In this document: piece after piece, positions 27,478 to 36,669 of the stretch
How the letters are laid out: each line of letters starts with the position of its first letter
Numbering within the stretch: position 1 is the first letter of the stretch
Origin: a virus
Taxonomy: Duplodnaviria > Caudoviricetes
Strand: one strand, 5' to 3'
IMG/VR virus record: IMGVR_UViG_3300025896_000079
Location: 1 to 36,669 of that record
Length of the DNA: 36,669 nt
The notes under the pieces: generated by a model
Database searches by the model: none
What the model was told of the DNA's origin: nothing
What the model saw: only the letters and a program-made list of their open reading frames with translations
Position numbers and translations under genes: made by a program

Positions 27478-27514
27478 TTTAAAAGTGTTGGTGTAGTATG
27501 CTGACACTTTTAAA
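27478..27514 (+). terminator. Hairpin / probable intrinsic terminator
   Basis: TTTAAAAGTGTTGGTGT-AGT-ATGCTGACACTTTTAAA; a 17-bp stem whose mismatches are all G-U compatible on the + strand. Confidence 0.7.
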
Positions 27515-27520
27515 GGCTAT

Positions 27521-28798
27521 GTGGGTGTGTCTATGCTGAACCTGTATGAATATCAACGACAAACTGTTGACTTTGGAATTAAAAATTCTTATTGCATACT
27601 TGCTTTAGAAGTTGGGCTGGGAAAGACAATATGTGCATTAACGATCGGGGTGCAAACCGAGTCGAAGATGTTAATTGTATGTCCCAGCTATCTTCGTTTC
27701 ACGTGGAAGAATGAAATTGATAAATGGTTCCCACATCTAAAAGCTGAAATCTATTCAACTAAAAAACAAATTAAAAAGCCCGTTGGTGATGTCGTCATCG
27801 TTTCTTATGGCATTCTAGAACATTGTGAGTGTCTCTTTGAATGGGCTGATCTAGTGATTGCTGATGAGTGTCAAAATCTTAAGTCCATGCAAGCTAAAAG
27901 AACTGAAGCTTTTCATCGATTGATTTATGAGAACAATATAAAGCGCCTTTTACTTTTAACCGGCACGCCTATTCTTAATAGAGTGTATGAGTTCTATTCA
28001 CTCATTGCGTTATGTAATTACAATCCAGAATGTAAAGGAACGATATTTTTAGATCGGTTTCGAAGCTACGTAGTCTTTGCGGACTACTTCTCCCATCGAC
28101 GTGAGTTTCAGATGATGGTGAGAAATAGAAGAATTAAAGTCGTTAATTGGGATGGGTTCAAAAATGTAGATGAACTTAAGACAATCTTAAGAGGAATCTA
28201 TATTAAGTTCAAAGCTAAAGATGTTCTGCAGGATTTACCCGAAAAGGTGTTTAAAGATGTCTTAATAAGTAACTCTGAGGATAAAGATCTTCTAGCGGCA
28301 TTTGAATTAGTACAATCACAAGACGGCATGGACAGAATTCAACCCACTATCAAAGCTACATCCGCGCTATCTAAGGTTCCTTTCACGGTAGAATACGTTA
28401 AGGAGCTTCTAGAGAGCGTAGACAAGATAATCATCTATACCGATCACGTAGAAGCGGCATTAGCGTTGGGACGCGCTTTAAAGCTTAAACCTATAACAGG
28501 TGCGACTCCAATGTCTGAAAGACAACGCATAGCTAACGAATTTCAAAATGGATCTGATAAAATTCTAGTCGCCACGTACGGTTCTTTTTCAACTGGTGTT
28601 ACATTAACCGCATGTTCGAACATGATTTTGAACGACATGAATTGGGTTCCAGGCGTGATTGAGCAAGCAATTGGACGCATTTTAAGGATCGGACAGAAAT
28701 CAAATTGTGTAATTCACAGAATTTTTGGAAGTTTTACTGATCAATATATTAGTGAAAAATTGAGTTCAAAAGAAGAAACTATCAAAAAAGTGACCTAA
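27521..28798 (+). CDS. SNF2-family (SF2) helicase/ATPase
   Basis: EVGLGKT, DECQ, LTGTP, GVTLT and QAIGRILRIGQ motifs (start may be the ATG at 27533). Confidence 0.92.
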   Translation: MGVSMLNLYEYQRQTVDFGIKNSYCILALEVGLGKTICALTIGVQTESKMLIVCPSYLRFTWKNEIDKWFPHLKAEIYSTKKQIKKPVGDVVIVSYGILEHCECLFEWADLVIADECQNLKSMQAKRTEAFHRLIYENNIKRLLLLTGTPILNRVYEFYSLIALCNYNPECKGTIFLDRFRSYVVFADYFSHRREFQMMVRNRRIKVVNWDGFKNVDELKTILRGIYIKFKAKDVLQDLPEKVFKDVLISNSEDKDLLAAFELVQSQDGMDRIQPTIKATSALSKVPFTVEYVKELLESVDKIIIYTDHVEAALALGRALKLKPITGATPMSERQRIANEFQNGSDKILVATYGSFSTGVTLTACSNMILNDMNWVPGVIEQAIGRILRIGQKSNCVIHRIFGSFTDQYISEKLSSKEETIKKVT

Positions 28799-28874
28799 AA
28801 ACGCATAAAATAGACACAAATAACGAATTATCAATAAGATAGAAATGTACTAAAAATAGACACATTCTTCCCAA

Positions 28875-28950
<76 letters not shown>

Positions 28951-29013
28951 CCCCAGGAATTTATTTTCGTGAAGATGTAGGTAGGTAACTGGTTGAAATC
29001 TCATTTTGCTCTT

Positions 29014-29108
29014 AATTGTATTAATTGTAGACGTTTTAGAGCTTATGATTCTATTCGGCGAAGAACTAACTCAACAAGGGTCTAATGCCGTCTACAATTA
29101 ATACAATT
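29014..29108. repeat. Perfect 20-bp inverted repeat / long hairpin
   Basis: AATTGTATTAATTGTAGACG (29014-29033) and CGTCTACAATTAATACAATT (29089-29108), with further imperfect pairing inside. Confidence 0.95.
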
Positions 29109-29114
29109 GTTATT

Positions 29115-29180
29115 AGTATATATGTCATATAGCTTTTTTGTCAATCCGTCTTGACTATATAAAACTTACCTATGTAATAT
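29115..29180. promoter_or_regulatory. Back-to-back sigma70-like promoters
   Basis: Minus: TTGACA (29144-29139)-18 nt-TATACT (29120-29115). Plus: TTGACT (29151-29156)-18 nt-TAATAT (29175-29180). Confidence 0.65.
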
Positions 29181-29229
29181 TCTCACCTATTCTATTGGCG
29201 AATTATAACACACACAAGGAGACATCATC

Positions 29230-30828
29230 GTGATCTTTACACCTTCTTTTATTTTTCTTGGTCTGAACAAAGTTTTACATAGTAAGTATTGGATATCCTC
29301 GCCCGAGGGAATACATGGTCAAGAGTCTTTCATTCTAATGGTGTCTAAGCATCTTGGTAGAGTTTTAAGTGATGAAGAGATACTCGTTCTTATCCGAGAA
29401 GCCAAAGAGTATTGTGAGATTCTAAAGAAGCAATTGATTGAAGAGAAGAGACAAGAAAAGCTTGAGATAAAGAAAGCTGAAAAGAGAGCTGAGTTTGAAG
29501 CTAAACAATCTCAGATTCAAAACAACTTAATTGTGACCGGGTTAGACGTTTCTTTATCTCAGGGCGTTGATGATTATGCCATGAGTCTTCTACCCATTTC
29601 GGACTATGGCAGTAAAGAAGTGGAATTCTTTGATGTAGAGAGAAGAGAAATAATTTCCTATGATGAAGAGAAGTATCGTGCCAAGAAAGGTTGGGATAGA
29701 CCCGAACTAATTAGACAAGCATTTTCCGGTAAACTTAAGTTTGATCCAATGAATGAAAACCCTCTATATATTGAGGAGATAAATGGTCTTAAACATCAAG
29801 TTTTCAACAAATGTAATACTCCTAAATGGTTTTCTAGAGTCCCGACTAAAGATAATATTGAAGGATCTCTAATTGAGAAACTTCTGTTCAATTTATTTCC
29901 TGAAAAAGAATCTAGAGATGTTGCCCTGAGCTGGGCTTACCATGCATACACTAGTAGAAATCAAACTTATTTAATGCTTGTAGGTCTTCAAGGAGTGGGA
30001 AAGGGATTGTTTACGTCTCTACTCACTCAATTGGTCGGACCCAAATACGCAGAGGTGTGCCCCGATTCCTTTTTAAAAGATAAATTTAACGGGGCGATGA
30101 AAGATAAGCGTCTTCTAATATTAGATGAAATAGAAATTGTGGAAGGAGTTGTAGGACGACTTAAACAAATAGCGAACGACTTTGTCCCTTATGAACCCAA
30201 AGGAGTCGATTCTACCACGATAAGAAACTATAGCTCTACATGTATGACCAGTAACTCGATAGGAGATATGGCAGTGTCTCCTCAAGATAGAAGATTTTCA
30301 GCCGTATCTATAGGAGGCACTCCTTTATTAACAGTTATGTCTCAAGCCCTTGTAGACGCTTTAGGGGAGATGGTCCGAAGAACTCAAGACGAAGAACCTC
30401 ATGAGGAGATAGTTAATTTTTGTCATTGGCTTCTAAAAGAATATAAAAACACTAAGTACTCTAATACCTACGTTCATAAAGGGGCTCATTATTATGAGAT
30501 GTCTTTTAAGGGGCTTAAAACCTTTCAACAATTCTTAGTCACCTTCATAACCGAAGACTATAACTTATCAGGAGATGTTAATTATCTTATTTCAGATTTG
30601 AATATTAAATATAAAAAATATAGCGGTAAGGGAACTAGAGAAAATTATTCTTTGCCTAACAATAAGAGCATGGATTCCTTTCTAAGCACTTACAAATTTA
30701 TGGATAAATACTATTTGGGAACTCTAGAAAGATTAGTAGATGAGAAAGAAGATTCATCCTTTAAACTAGTTATAAACGAAGACTTAAGACAATACTTGCT
30801 CTCTAAGAGAAATATTATAGACCTTTAA
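29230..30828 (+). CDS. SF3-like replicative helicase/NTPase (DUF5906 / NrS-1 helicase type)
   Basis: Walker A GLQGVGKG, Walker B LILDE, EPKG, MTSN and DRRF motifs; AAGGAG RBS. Confidence 0.85.
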   Translation: MIFTPSFIFLGLNKVLHSKYWISSPEGIHGQESFILMVSKHLGRVLSDEEILVLIREAKEYCEILKKQLIEEKRQEKLEIKKAEKRAEFEAKQSQIQNNLIVTGLDVSLSQGVDDYAMSLLPISDYGSKEVEFFDVERREIISYDEEKYRAKKGWDRPELIRQAFSGKLKFDPMNENPLYIEEINGLKHQVFNKCNTPKWFSRVPTKDNIEGSLIEKLLFNLFPEKESRDVALSWAYHAYTSRNQTYLMLVGLQGVGKGLFTSLLTQLVGPKYAEVCPDSFLKDKFNGAMKDKRLLILDEIEIVEGVVGRLKQIANDFVPYEPKGVDSTTIRNYSSTCMTSNSIGDMAVSPQDRRFSAVSIGGTPLLTVMSQALVDALGEMVRRTQDEEPHEEIVNFCHWLLKEYKNTKYSNTYVHKGAHYYEMSFKGLKTFQQFLVTFITEDYNLSGDVNYLISDLNIKYKKYSGKGTRENYSLPNNKSMDSFLSTYKFMDKYYLGTLERLVDEKEDSSFKLVINEDLRQYLLSKRNIIDL

Positions 30829-30848
30829 CCTATGGCGGAGAAATTACA

Positions 30849-31064
30849 ATGAAATCTAAAACTTTAAATAAGAAGCAACAAGACCTTTTCATAAAGCTTT
30901 ATGTAGAGGGAGCACTGCACTTAATAAATGAAAATGCAGGATACTATACGGAATCAGAATATGATAAAAAAGGGTTTCAAAGAGAACTAAAAGCTTTAAA
31001 GCAAATGATTGATATCGCATTAAAAGAAATAGACTGCCTCGAAGAAGAAGATATAGACCTTTAG
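30849..31064 (+). CDS. Hypothetical protein
   Basis: 71 aa, GGAG RBS, acidic tail EEEDIDL. Confidence 0.7.
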   Translation: MKSKTLNKKQQDLFIKLYVEGALHLINENAGYYTESEYDKKGFQRELKALKQMIDIALKEIDCLEEEDIDL

Positions 31065-31130
31065 ACATCTAATAAATTACCTCCAGGTGGAGAAATGATG
31101 AATGCAGACCTCCGAGGAACTACACCTAAA

Positions 31131-31343
31131 TCTCTTTGCGGATTTTAAGAATCTTGACTTTCATCTCATAACCTTGAAAAACCAGGGGGACTGATTGGCG
31201 TCAGTTTGTTCCCCCTGGTAACATGCGCTCGACCACTACGTGGAGAGTTATTATTTATTACCATATTTTAGCTTTAATTGGACTGGTTTTATTAGTGCCA
31301 TGTAAGCCATACTCTCTTTGCGGCTTTTAAGAATCTTGACTTT
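31131..31343 (+). repeat. 31-bp direct repeat (31131-31161, 31313-31343) flanking a GC-rich hairpin
   Basis: TCTCTTTGCGG(A/C)TTTTAAGAATCTTGACTTT twice; ACCAGGGGGA...TCCCCCTGGT stem at 31181-31219. Confidence 0.9.
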
Positions 31344-31451
31344 TGTCCTATAACCTTTGATTATAAGTAGAAAGCCTAGTAGGCGATTTTAAGACTTGTA
31401 GTCAAGGATATTTTTATATGACACCGCGTAGAGAAAACAGAGTTTTATCAG

Positions 31452-31754
31452 ATGTCTAAGTTTCAATCTGGAACTAGTGGAAATCCCAAGGGAAGACCTA
31501 AGGCAGCCTTCAAAGATACCTTCGATTCTCTTCTAGCTAAGAAGAAAATGTTCGATGAAGCCACCGTCATTCTAAGTGAAAGATGGGGCGATGTCTTCCA
31601 TGCAATGTGTGATCAAGCAATTAAAGGCAATCCACAAGCTGCGGCTTTCGTCGCTTCTTACGTTTTAGGGAAGCCTAAAGAATCAATTGATTTAGACATT
31701 CAATCTAAAGAAGGGATTAAGATTCACATCTCGCGTGATGAGATTGGACTTTAA
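31452..31754 (+). CDS. terS: Terminase small subunit (DUF5681-type)
   Basis: FQSGTSGNPKGRPK N-terminus, immediately upstream of the large subunit. Confidence 0.8.
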   Translation: MSKFQSGTSGNPKGRPKAAFKDTFDSLLAKKKMFDEATVILSERWGDVFHAMCDQAIKGNPQAAAFVASYVLGKPKESIDLDIQSKEGIKIHISRDEIGL

Positions 31755-33000
31755 GCTTACCAAGAGACAAGACTTAGCCATTTCAATTCTTGCCTCTGAA
31801 GCTAAACATTGTCTTCTCTTTGGTGGAAGTCGTTCCGGTAAGACCTTTTTACTAGTTCGTTCTATCATAATTAGAGCGTGTAAAACTAAATCCCGTCACA
31901 TCATTTTAAGACAACACTTCAATCATATTAAGACTTCTGTTTGGTTAGAAACTTTACCTAAAGTATTGGCTACTTGCTTTCCACACCTAACGGTGAAGTG
32001 GAATAAAACAGACTATTTCATCGAACTTCCCAATGGATCAACCATCTTTGTAGCCGGATTGGACGATGAAAAACATATAGAAAAGATTCTCGGGAAAGAG
32101 TTCTCAACCATTTATTTCAATGAGTGTTCTCAACTCGGATACAACTCAGTTCAAATAGCCCTTACTCGTCTAGCCGAGAAATCGGATCTTAGAAAGAAAG
32201 TTTACTATGATGCCAATCCACCTACTAAACGCCATTGGACTTATTGGTTCTTCGTTAAAGGCATACATCCCGAGAATGGTCAAACACTTGAAGAGGGACA
32301 ATATGCATCAATGCTAATGAACCCTCAAGACAACCTTGAGAATATAGATGAAGAGTACATTTCACTACTCAATTCACTAGATGAGAAACAACGTAAGCGA
32401 TTTCTATTGGGAGAGTTTAACGGTGATAGCGATGGATCCGCCTATTATGCTTTTAATCGTGATGTTAATGTTATGGACTTTGATAGTTCTTACCAATCAG
32501 GACAAGTGAGAATTGGCATGGACTTTAACGTCATGCCTATGACAGCCGTGATTGGTTATCGAGTGAATGACAAGTTCTACATCTGGGATGAAATGTTCTT
32601 AGAAAATAGCGATACCTTTAAGATGTGCGATCAATTAAAGGCTAAGAAATATATCGGCACTGTCTATCCCGATTCAACGGGTGCCAATCGCAAGACATCG
32701 GGTAAGTCGGATCATGTTATCTTAAAAGAAGCCGGCTTCATTATCCAGTCGACCAGGAATCCTTTCGTTACCGACCGCGTAAATAACATCAATCGCCTGC
32801 TCAGAGATGGAAAAATAATCATTCATCCACGATGTAAAAAGCTTATCAATGACTTGGAAAAGGTTACTTGGAAGAATGATGAACTAGATCAGAAAACAGA
32901 CAAGATGCTCACACACATTACAGATGCACTCGGATATTTATGCTGGGCACTTGATCCGATTCATGGGCATCAGCAAAAATCCTCGACCATTCAGCTTTAA
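31735..33000 (+). CDS. terL: Terminase large subunit (PBSX/SPP1-like)
   Basis: GGSRSGKT, IYFNEC, DANPP, GMDFN and HITDALGY motifs. Confidence 0.95.
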   Translation: MMRLDFKLTKRQDLAISILASEAKHCLLFGGSRSGKTFLLVRSIIIRACKTKSRHIILRQHFNHIKTSVWLETLPKVLATCFPHLTVKWNKTDYFIELPNGSTIFVAGLDDEKHIEKILGKEFSTIYFNECSQLGYNSVQIALTRLAEKSDLRKKVYYDANPPTKRHWTYWFFVKGIHPENGQTLEEGQYASMLMNPQDNLENIDEEYISLLNSLDEKQRKRFLLGEFNGDSDGSAYYAFNRDVNVMDFDSSYQSGQVRIGMDFNVMPMTAVIGYRVNDKFYIWDEMFLENSDTFKMCDQLKAKKYIGTVYPDSTGANRKTSGKSDHVILKEAGFIIQSTRNPFVTDRVNNINRLLRDGKIIIHPRCKKLINDLEKVTWKNDELDQKTDKMLTHITDALGYLCWALDPIHGHQQKSSTIQL

Positions 33001-33037
33001 TGCATTTATACTTATAATAAATAAGAGGGATCTAATT

Positions 33038-34441
33038 ATGTTATACGAAAAAAGACAAGAGATTATCGATTACATTAAAAAGCACATGCCTTTTCTTAAA
33101 CAGAATGAGCAGGCATTGGACATATATGATGGCAATCTTCGCCCTTATATTGATGACATTCTTAAGAAGTCTTTAAGTGATAACTATTATAATGCTATTA
33201 GAGATAGAATTCTTCCGATCAATATTCTTCAAAGATTCGTTAACAAGGTCTCCACCACTTACTCTAAGTCTCCTCAAAGAGAATGTGAGTCTGAAGTGAA
33301 TAAGCCCTTCCTAGAATACTATGAAGAAGCTTTTGATATTAACAACTCAATGATGGTGGCTGACTCCTATTCAAATCTTTTTAAAGGATTCGCCTTAGAA
33401 CCATTCATTAATCACAAGGGTAAGCCTGAGCTAAGAATACTTTCATTTGATAAGTTCTTAGTCATGTCAGACTCTAAGAGTAATCCAGAAGAGGAGACAA
33501 TCTTCATTAAGATCATGGGGTGTAAATCAGATAAATTGGATGAGACACTTATTCACGTCTACACGGCTGATAAGTTTGATGCCTTCTATATGAATGGGGC
33601 TGATGCGCCTGAGTACTTAGTCGACAATGGTGGTGTAAATCTTTATGGCGTTATTCCCTTCGTCTATGGAAAGAGACAAAAGCATAAGCTTATTCCTACC
33701 CTAGACAGTGATATGCTCTCAATCTCTAAAGCCATTTCAGTCATGTTATCGGATGCCGCTGGTGCTCAAATGTTCCAATGCTTCAGCATTCTTTATGGAA
33801 TAAATGTAAATGTAGAAAACATTACGATGTCTCCTAACGCTTTTTGGTCTTTCAAATCTGATGAAGAGAAAGCCCCTAGTGTGGGATCGGTTAAGCCAGA
33901 GGCTGACACTCAAAAGGTCATGGAGTTTGTAACCAATATATTCGTATTATGGTTAGAGACTAAAGGAATTAGAGTCGGATCAATGGGTAACACCCAAGGA
34001 ACCTCTACTGCTAGTGGTATCTCTAAGATCATTGATGAAATGGACGCTTATGAAGTTAAGAAGAAGTCTATGCAATGGTTCCAATTAGACGAAGAGGAAC
34101 TTTGGAATGAGAAACTTCCTGCCATTCACAACTTTTGGATTAAGTCTGGAGCGTTGATTGATCCAGAAGCTCCTTCATTAGTAGTTGGTCAAATGGACGT
34201 AGAGGTAGAATTTGAACAGCCGCAACCATTCATTAGTAGAACTGAAGAACTAGCCAACGTGAAAGCTGAAATGGACATGGGTCTATTAACTAAAGAAATG
34301 GCTATCAAGATTCTTCATCCTGATTATTCAGAAGATTTAGTTAGTGAAATTGTAGAATCGGGCGCAAATATTAATGATGTTCAATTCAAGCCCGAGATGG
34401 AAAACAATAAACCTGATGAGATGAATCCTTTAAATGAGTAG
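33038..34441 (+). CDS. Portal protein
   Basis: Follows terL; ATG 33038 with GAGGGA RBS; NLYGVIPFV and ASGIS motifs of SPP1-like portals. Confidence 0.85.
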   Translation: MLYEKRQEIIDYIKKHMPFLKQNEQALDIYDGNLRPYIDDILKKSLSDNYYNAIRDRILPINILQRFVNKVSTTYSKSPQRECESEVNKPFLEYYEEAFDINNSMMVADSYSNLFKGFALEPFINHKGKPELRILSFDKFLVMSDSKSNPEEETIFIKIMGCKSDKLDETLIHVYTADKFDAFYMNGADAPEYLVDNGGVNLYGVIPFVYGKRQKHKLIPTLDSDMLSISKAISVMLSDAAGAQMFQCFSILYGINVNVENITMSPNAFWSFKSDEEKAPSVGSVKPEADTQKVMEFVTNIFVLWLETKGIRVGSMGNTQGTSTASGISKIIDEMDAYEVKKKSMQWFQLDEEELWNEKLPAIHNFWIKSGALIDPEAPSLVVGQMDVEVEFEQPQPFISRTEELANVKAEMDMGLLTKEMAIKILHPDYSEDLVSEIVESGANINDVQFKPEMENNKPDEMNPLNE

Positions 34442-34964
34442 TTGGATTAAGAAAGAAATATTACTTCCTACGGACTACGATACTGAGGATGCTCAGACCG
34501 TAGCCGAGGAAATATTGAACTTCATAGTCGAAAGATCTAAGAAGGGACTGGGGTCTGATGGGGATAAGTTTCCTGGATACTCTAAATCATATATGGAATC
34601 CGATGCCTTTAAGTTAGGTGGAAAATCTAAGAAGGTTGACCTAACTCTATCGGGTGAAATGCTCGATAGCCTAGAGATACTTCAAGCCAAGCGTGGCAAG
34701 ATTGTCATTGGCTTTGCTAAAAGTAGCGACATGAATGGACGTGCTGAAGGAAATATTCTTGGCACTTATGGTACATCTAAGCCCGATCCAAGCAGAGCAA
34801 GAAACTTTATGGAACTATCGGGTAAAGAACTTTCAAAGATAATTCGTTCATTAGATATTCTTCCCAAAGATATTCAGAATCAAATCGCTAGAGACGCTAA
34901 AGCAGGCGCGATTGATATTATTGATAAGTTCCAATTCGAGGTGAGTGATGGCGAAGACGGCTAG
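34434..34964 (+). CDS. Virion morphogenesis/neck-family protein, paralogue 1
   Basis: FPGYSKSY...VDLTLSGEMLDSL...RNFMELS. Confidence 0.6.
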   Translation: MSSWIKKEILLPTDYDTEDAQTVAEEILNFIVERSKKGLGSDGDKFPGYSKSYMESDAFKLGGKSKKVDLTLSGEMLDSLEILQAKRGKIVIGFAKSSDMNGRAEGNILGTYGTSKPDPSRARNFMELSGKELSKIIRSLDILPKDIQNQIARDAKAGAIDIIDKFQFEVSDGEDG

Positions 34965-35406
34965 TGATATTCTTAGAGAATTATCTAAGAAGGTTAAAGA
35001 CGTAACGAAGACCGAGGCAAAGTCCTTTGACTTCTTATTGGATGAAATTCCTATGCGGATTATTCGTCGTACGTTATTAGGTAAAGATATCAGCAACTCT
35101 CCACTTAAAAAGCTTTCTCCCAACTATATTAAAGCAAGAAAGAAGATGGATCTTGGATCAGACGCTAAGCCAACTAAGTCGAATCTTACTCTAACAGGTG
35201 AAATGCTCTCATCAATTGAAGGAAAAAGAAGTGGAACCTTATTTACCTTCTCATTTGGAAGCAACACCTTTGCTAACGATAAAGCACGTTGGGCGAAAGA
35301 AGGTGGACGCCCGTTCTTTGGTCTATCTGAAACTGATAAGAAGGGACTAACCACTAAAATATCATCAATCTTCCGTCAAATCCTTAGAGATACTTTTAAG
35401 GGTTGA
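34945..35406 (+). CDS. Virion morphogenesis/neck-family protein, paralogue 2
   Basis: LSPNYIKAR...SNLTLTGEMLSSI...RPFFGLS. Confidence 0.6.
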   Translation: MMAKTASDILRELSKKVKDVTKTEAKSFDFLLDEIPMRIIRRTLLGKDISNSPLKKLSPNYIKARKKMDLGSDAKPTKSNLTLTGEMLSSIEGKRSGTLFTFSFGSNTFANDKARWAKEGGRPFFGLSETDKKGLTTKISSIFRQILRDTFKG

Positions 35407-35435
35407 CAAGAAAAATAACACATAGGAGAATTAAA

Positions 35436-36008
35436 ATGTCCGAAACATCCCCGGTCAGTGACCAAGTCGAAGTAGTTAGTAACGAAAGAGACAAATCCCA
35501 AGACAAAGTGGCTTATGAAACTTATCAGCGCGTACTGAATGAGGCAAAAACTGCAAAAGAGAAACTAAGAACTCTAGAAGCAGCTCAACAGTTACAAGTT
35601 GAAAGCAAAATGAAAGAGCAGAATGAATGGAAGGCTTTAGCCGAGGCAAAAGAGCTAGAAGCAAAAAACCTTTCTGAAAGACTTAATGGATTAGAATCTA
35701 CGATTACTGAATCAATTAAGCTTAATTCATTTCAAAAACACTTAGGTGGAAAGATTAAAAGTGATGAGTACTATCAATTTGTTGATACAAACTCAATTGC
35801 TTACAATCCAGAAACTAAGCGCGTAGACGAAGAAAGCGTTAAGAAAGTTGTAGCTGAATTCGTCAAGAAACACGCAAGTCTCGTGGAGTTCAAGGTGGGG
35901 AAAATGCCTAATGAGGCTGCTTCGACAATGAAAGTAAAAGAAAAGAATTACAGTGACATGAGTAAGGAAGAAATTGAAGCCGAACTCAGAAAACTAGGAC
36001 GAATTTAA
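35436..36008 (+). CDS. Capsid scaffolding protein
   Basis: Charged coiled coil directly upstream of the capsid gene; AGGAG RBS before ATG 35436. Confidence 0.75.
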   Translation: MSETSPVSDQVEVVSNERDKSQDKVAYETYQRVLNEAKTAKEKLRTLEAAQQLQVESKMKEQNEWKALAEAKELEAKNLSERLNGLESTITESIKLNSFQKHLGGKIKSDEYYQFVDTNSIAYNPETKRVDEESVKKVVAEFVKKHASLVEFKVGKMPNEAASTMKVKEKNYSDMSKEEIEAELRKLGRI

Positions 36009-36028
36009 TAACCAAATAGGAGATACTT

Positions 36029-36669
36029 ATGGCTGACGCGTACATGGGCAACACGGAACTAGGGGCGACAAAAGCAGTTTTGATTTCTACTCTAGTTCAA
36101 AGAGAACTTGCTTTCAATGCAATTCTTAAAAACACTATTACAGACGTTTCAAACTTTGCTGTACCAGGTGTAAAACAAATTTCATTCCCAAAACTAACTT
36201 CTTTCTCAGTTACTAACAGAACAGAGGGGACTCTAGGAGAAACGACGGCATTAACCAGCAGTGTCGATACAATGAGTCTCGATTTCAATGCGTTTGTCGC
36301 ATGGGGGATTGATTCTTTCACAGCAAAACAGAGCACTATAGACGGGCAAATGCAATCAATTCTTTTTGCCTCACAGGCAATGTCGAGATATGTTGATACA
36401 CAAATTATTACAAAATTGGCAGCGGTAGCGGCTTCATTCATTAACTCAGGGTCGGATGTTGACGTTACTTATGCCAACCTTTTGACTATGAGAAAAGCTC
36501 TTCTTAAAGCAGACGCTATCCTTGGTAACTGTTGCATTATCGCTTCTCCAGCTCAAGAAGCAGTTCTTATGGGACTTTCTGAGTTCAAAGATGCCGCTGC
36601 TTACGGAGCAAACGCAGTAGTTCCAAATGGTGTTATCGGGAAAATTCTTGGTATGCCAGTTTATGTTCA
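36029..36669 (+). CDS. Major capsid protein (HK97 fold), truncated by the window end
   Basis: AGGAG RBS; MADAYMGNTELGATK...QISFPKL...NGVIGKILGMPVYV; open to the end of the window. Confidence 0.88.
   Translation, partial: MADAYMGNTELGATKAVLISTLVQRELAFNAILKNTITDVSNFAVPGVKQISFPKLTSFSVTNRTEGTLGETTALTSSVDTMSLDFNAFVAWGIDSFTAKQSTIDGQMQSILFASQAMSRYVDTQIITKLAAVAASFINSGSDVDVTYANLLTMRKALLKADAILGNCCIIASPAQEAVLMGLSEFKDAAAYGANAVVPNGVIGKILGMPVYV

Noticed and set aside
32924-33037. Upstream extension of the portal ORF given in the track
   Set aside because: Overlaps terL; ATG 33038 has a proper RBS. The track starts at 16732, 20121 and 35403 were likewise replaced by downstream starts.
35403-35431. TTGACA-17-GAGAAT promoter before the scaffold gene
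   Set aside because: The -10 lacks the conserved TA and overlaps the RBS; insufficient support.

Overview
The window is a nearly complete, circularly permuted, AT-rich tailed dsDNA phage genome with siphovirus-type gene order. It opens in the 3' end of the major capsid gene (2..100) and closes in the 5' part of what appears to be the same gene (36029..>36669). The modules are: head-proximal fibre, neck and tail genes with a G/GT-type -1 frameshift; tape measure and tail tip genes with an inserted GIY-YIG endonuclease and a GH25 endolysin; holin/spanin-like genes pointing to a Gram-negative host; a leftward cluster of tiny ORFs containing an internal duplication; a replication module (PolA, SSB-like, RecE-like nuclease, SNF2 helicase, SF3-like helicase); then terminase, portal, scaffold and capsid. 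The standout is the DNA polymerase. It is fractured at catalytic motif B into two ORFs carrying the N and C halves of an intein, and a free-standing HNH endonuclease in the third reading frame overlaps both halves. The likeliest start and RBS of the C-terminal polymerase half lie inside the HNH active-site codons. Also notable are a structured non-coding region with back-to-back promoters, a 20-bp inverted repeat and poly-T tracts (candidate origin or primer RNA; no primase is recognisable) and a shared C-terminal 'xDL' tail on several replication proteins. I saw no integrase, tRNA, CRISPR array or reverse transcriptase. All product calls come from motif recognition and gene order; no database searches were run.
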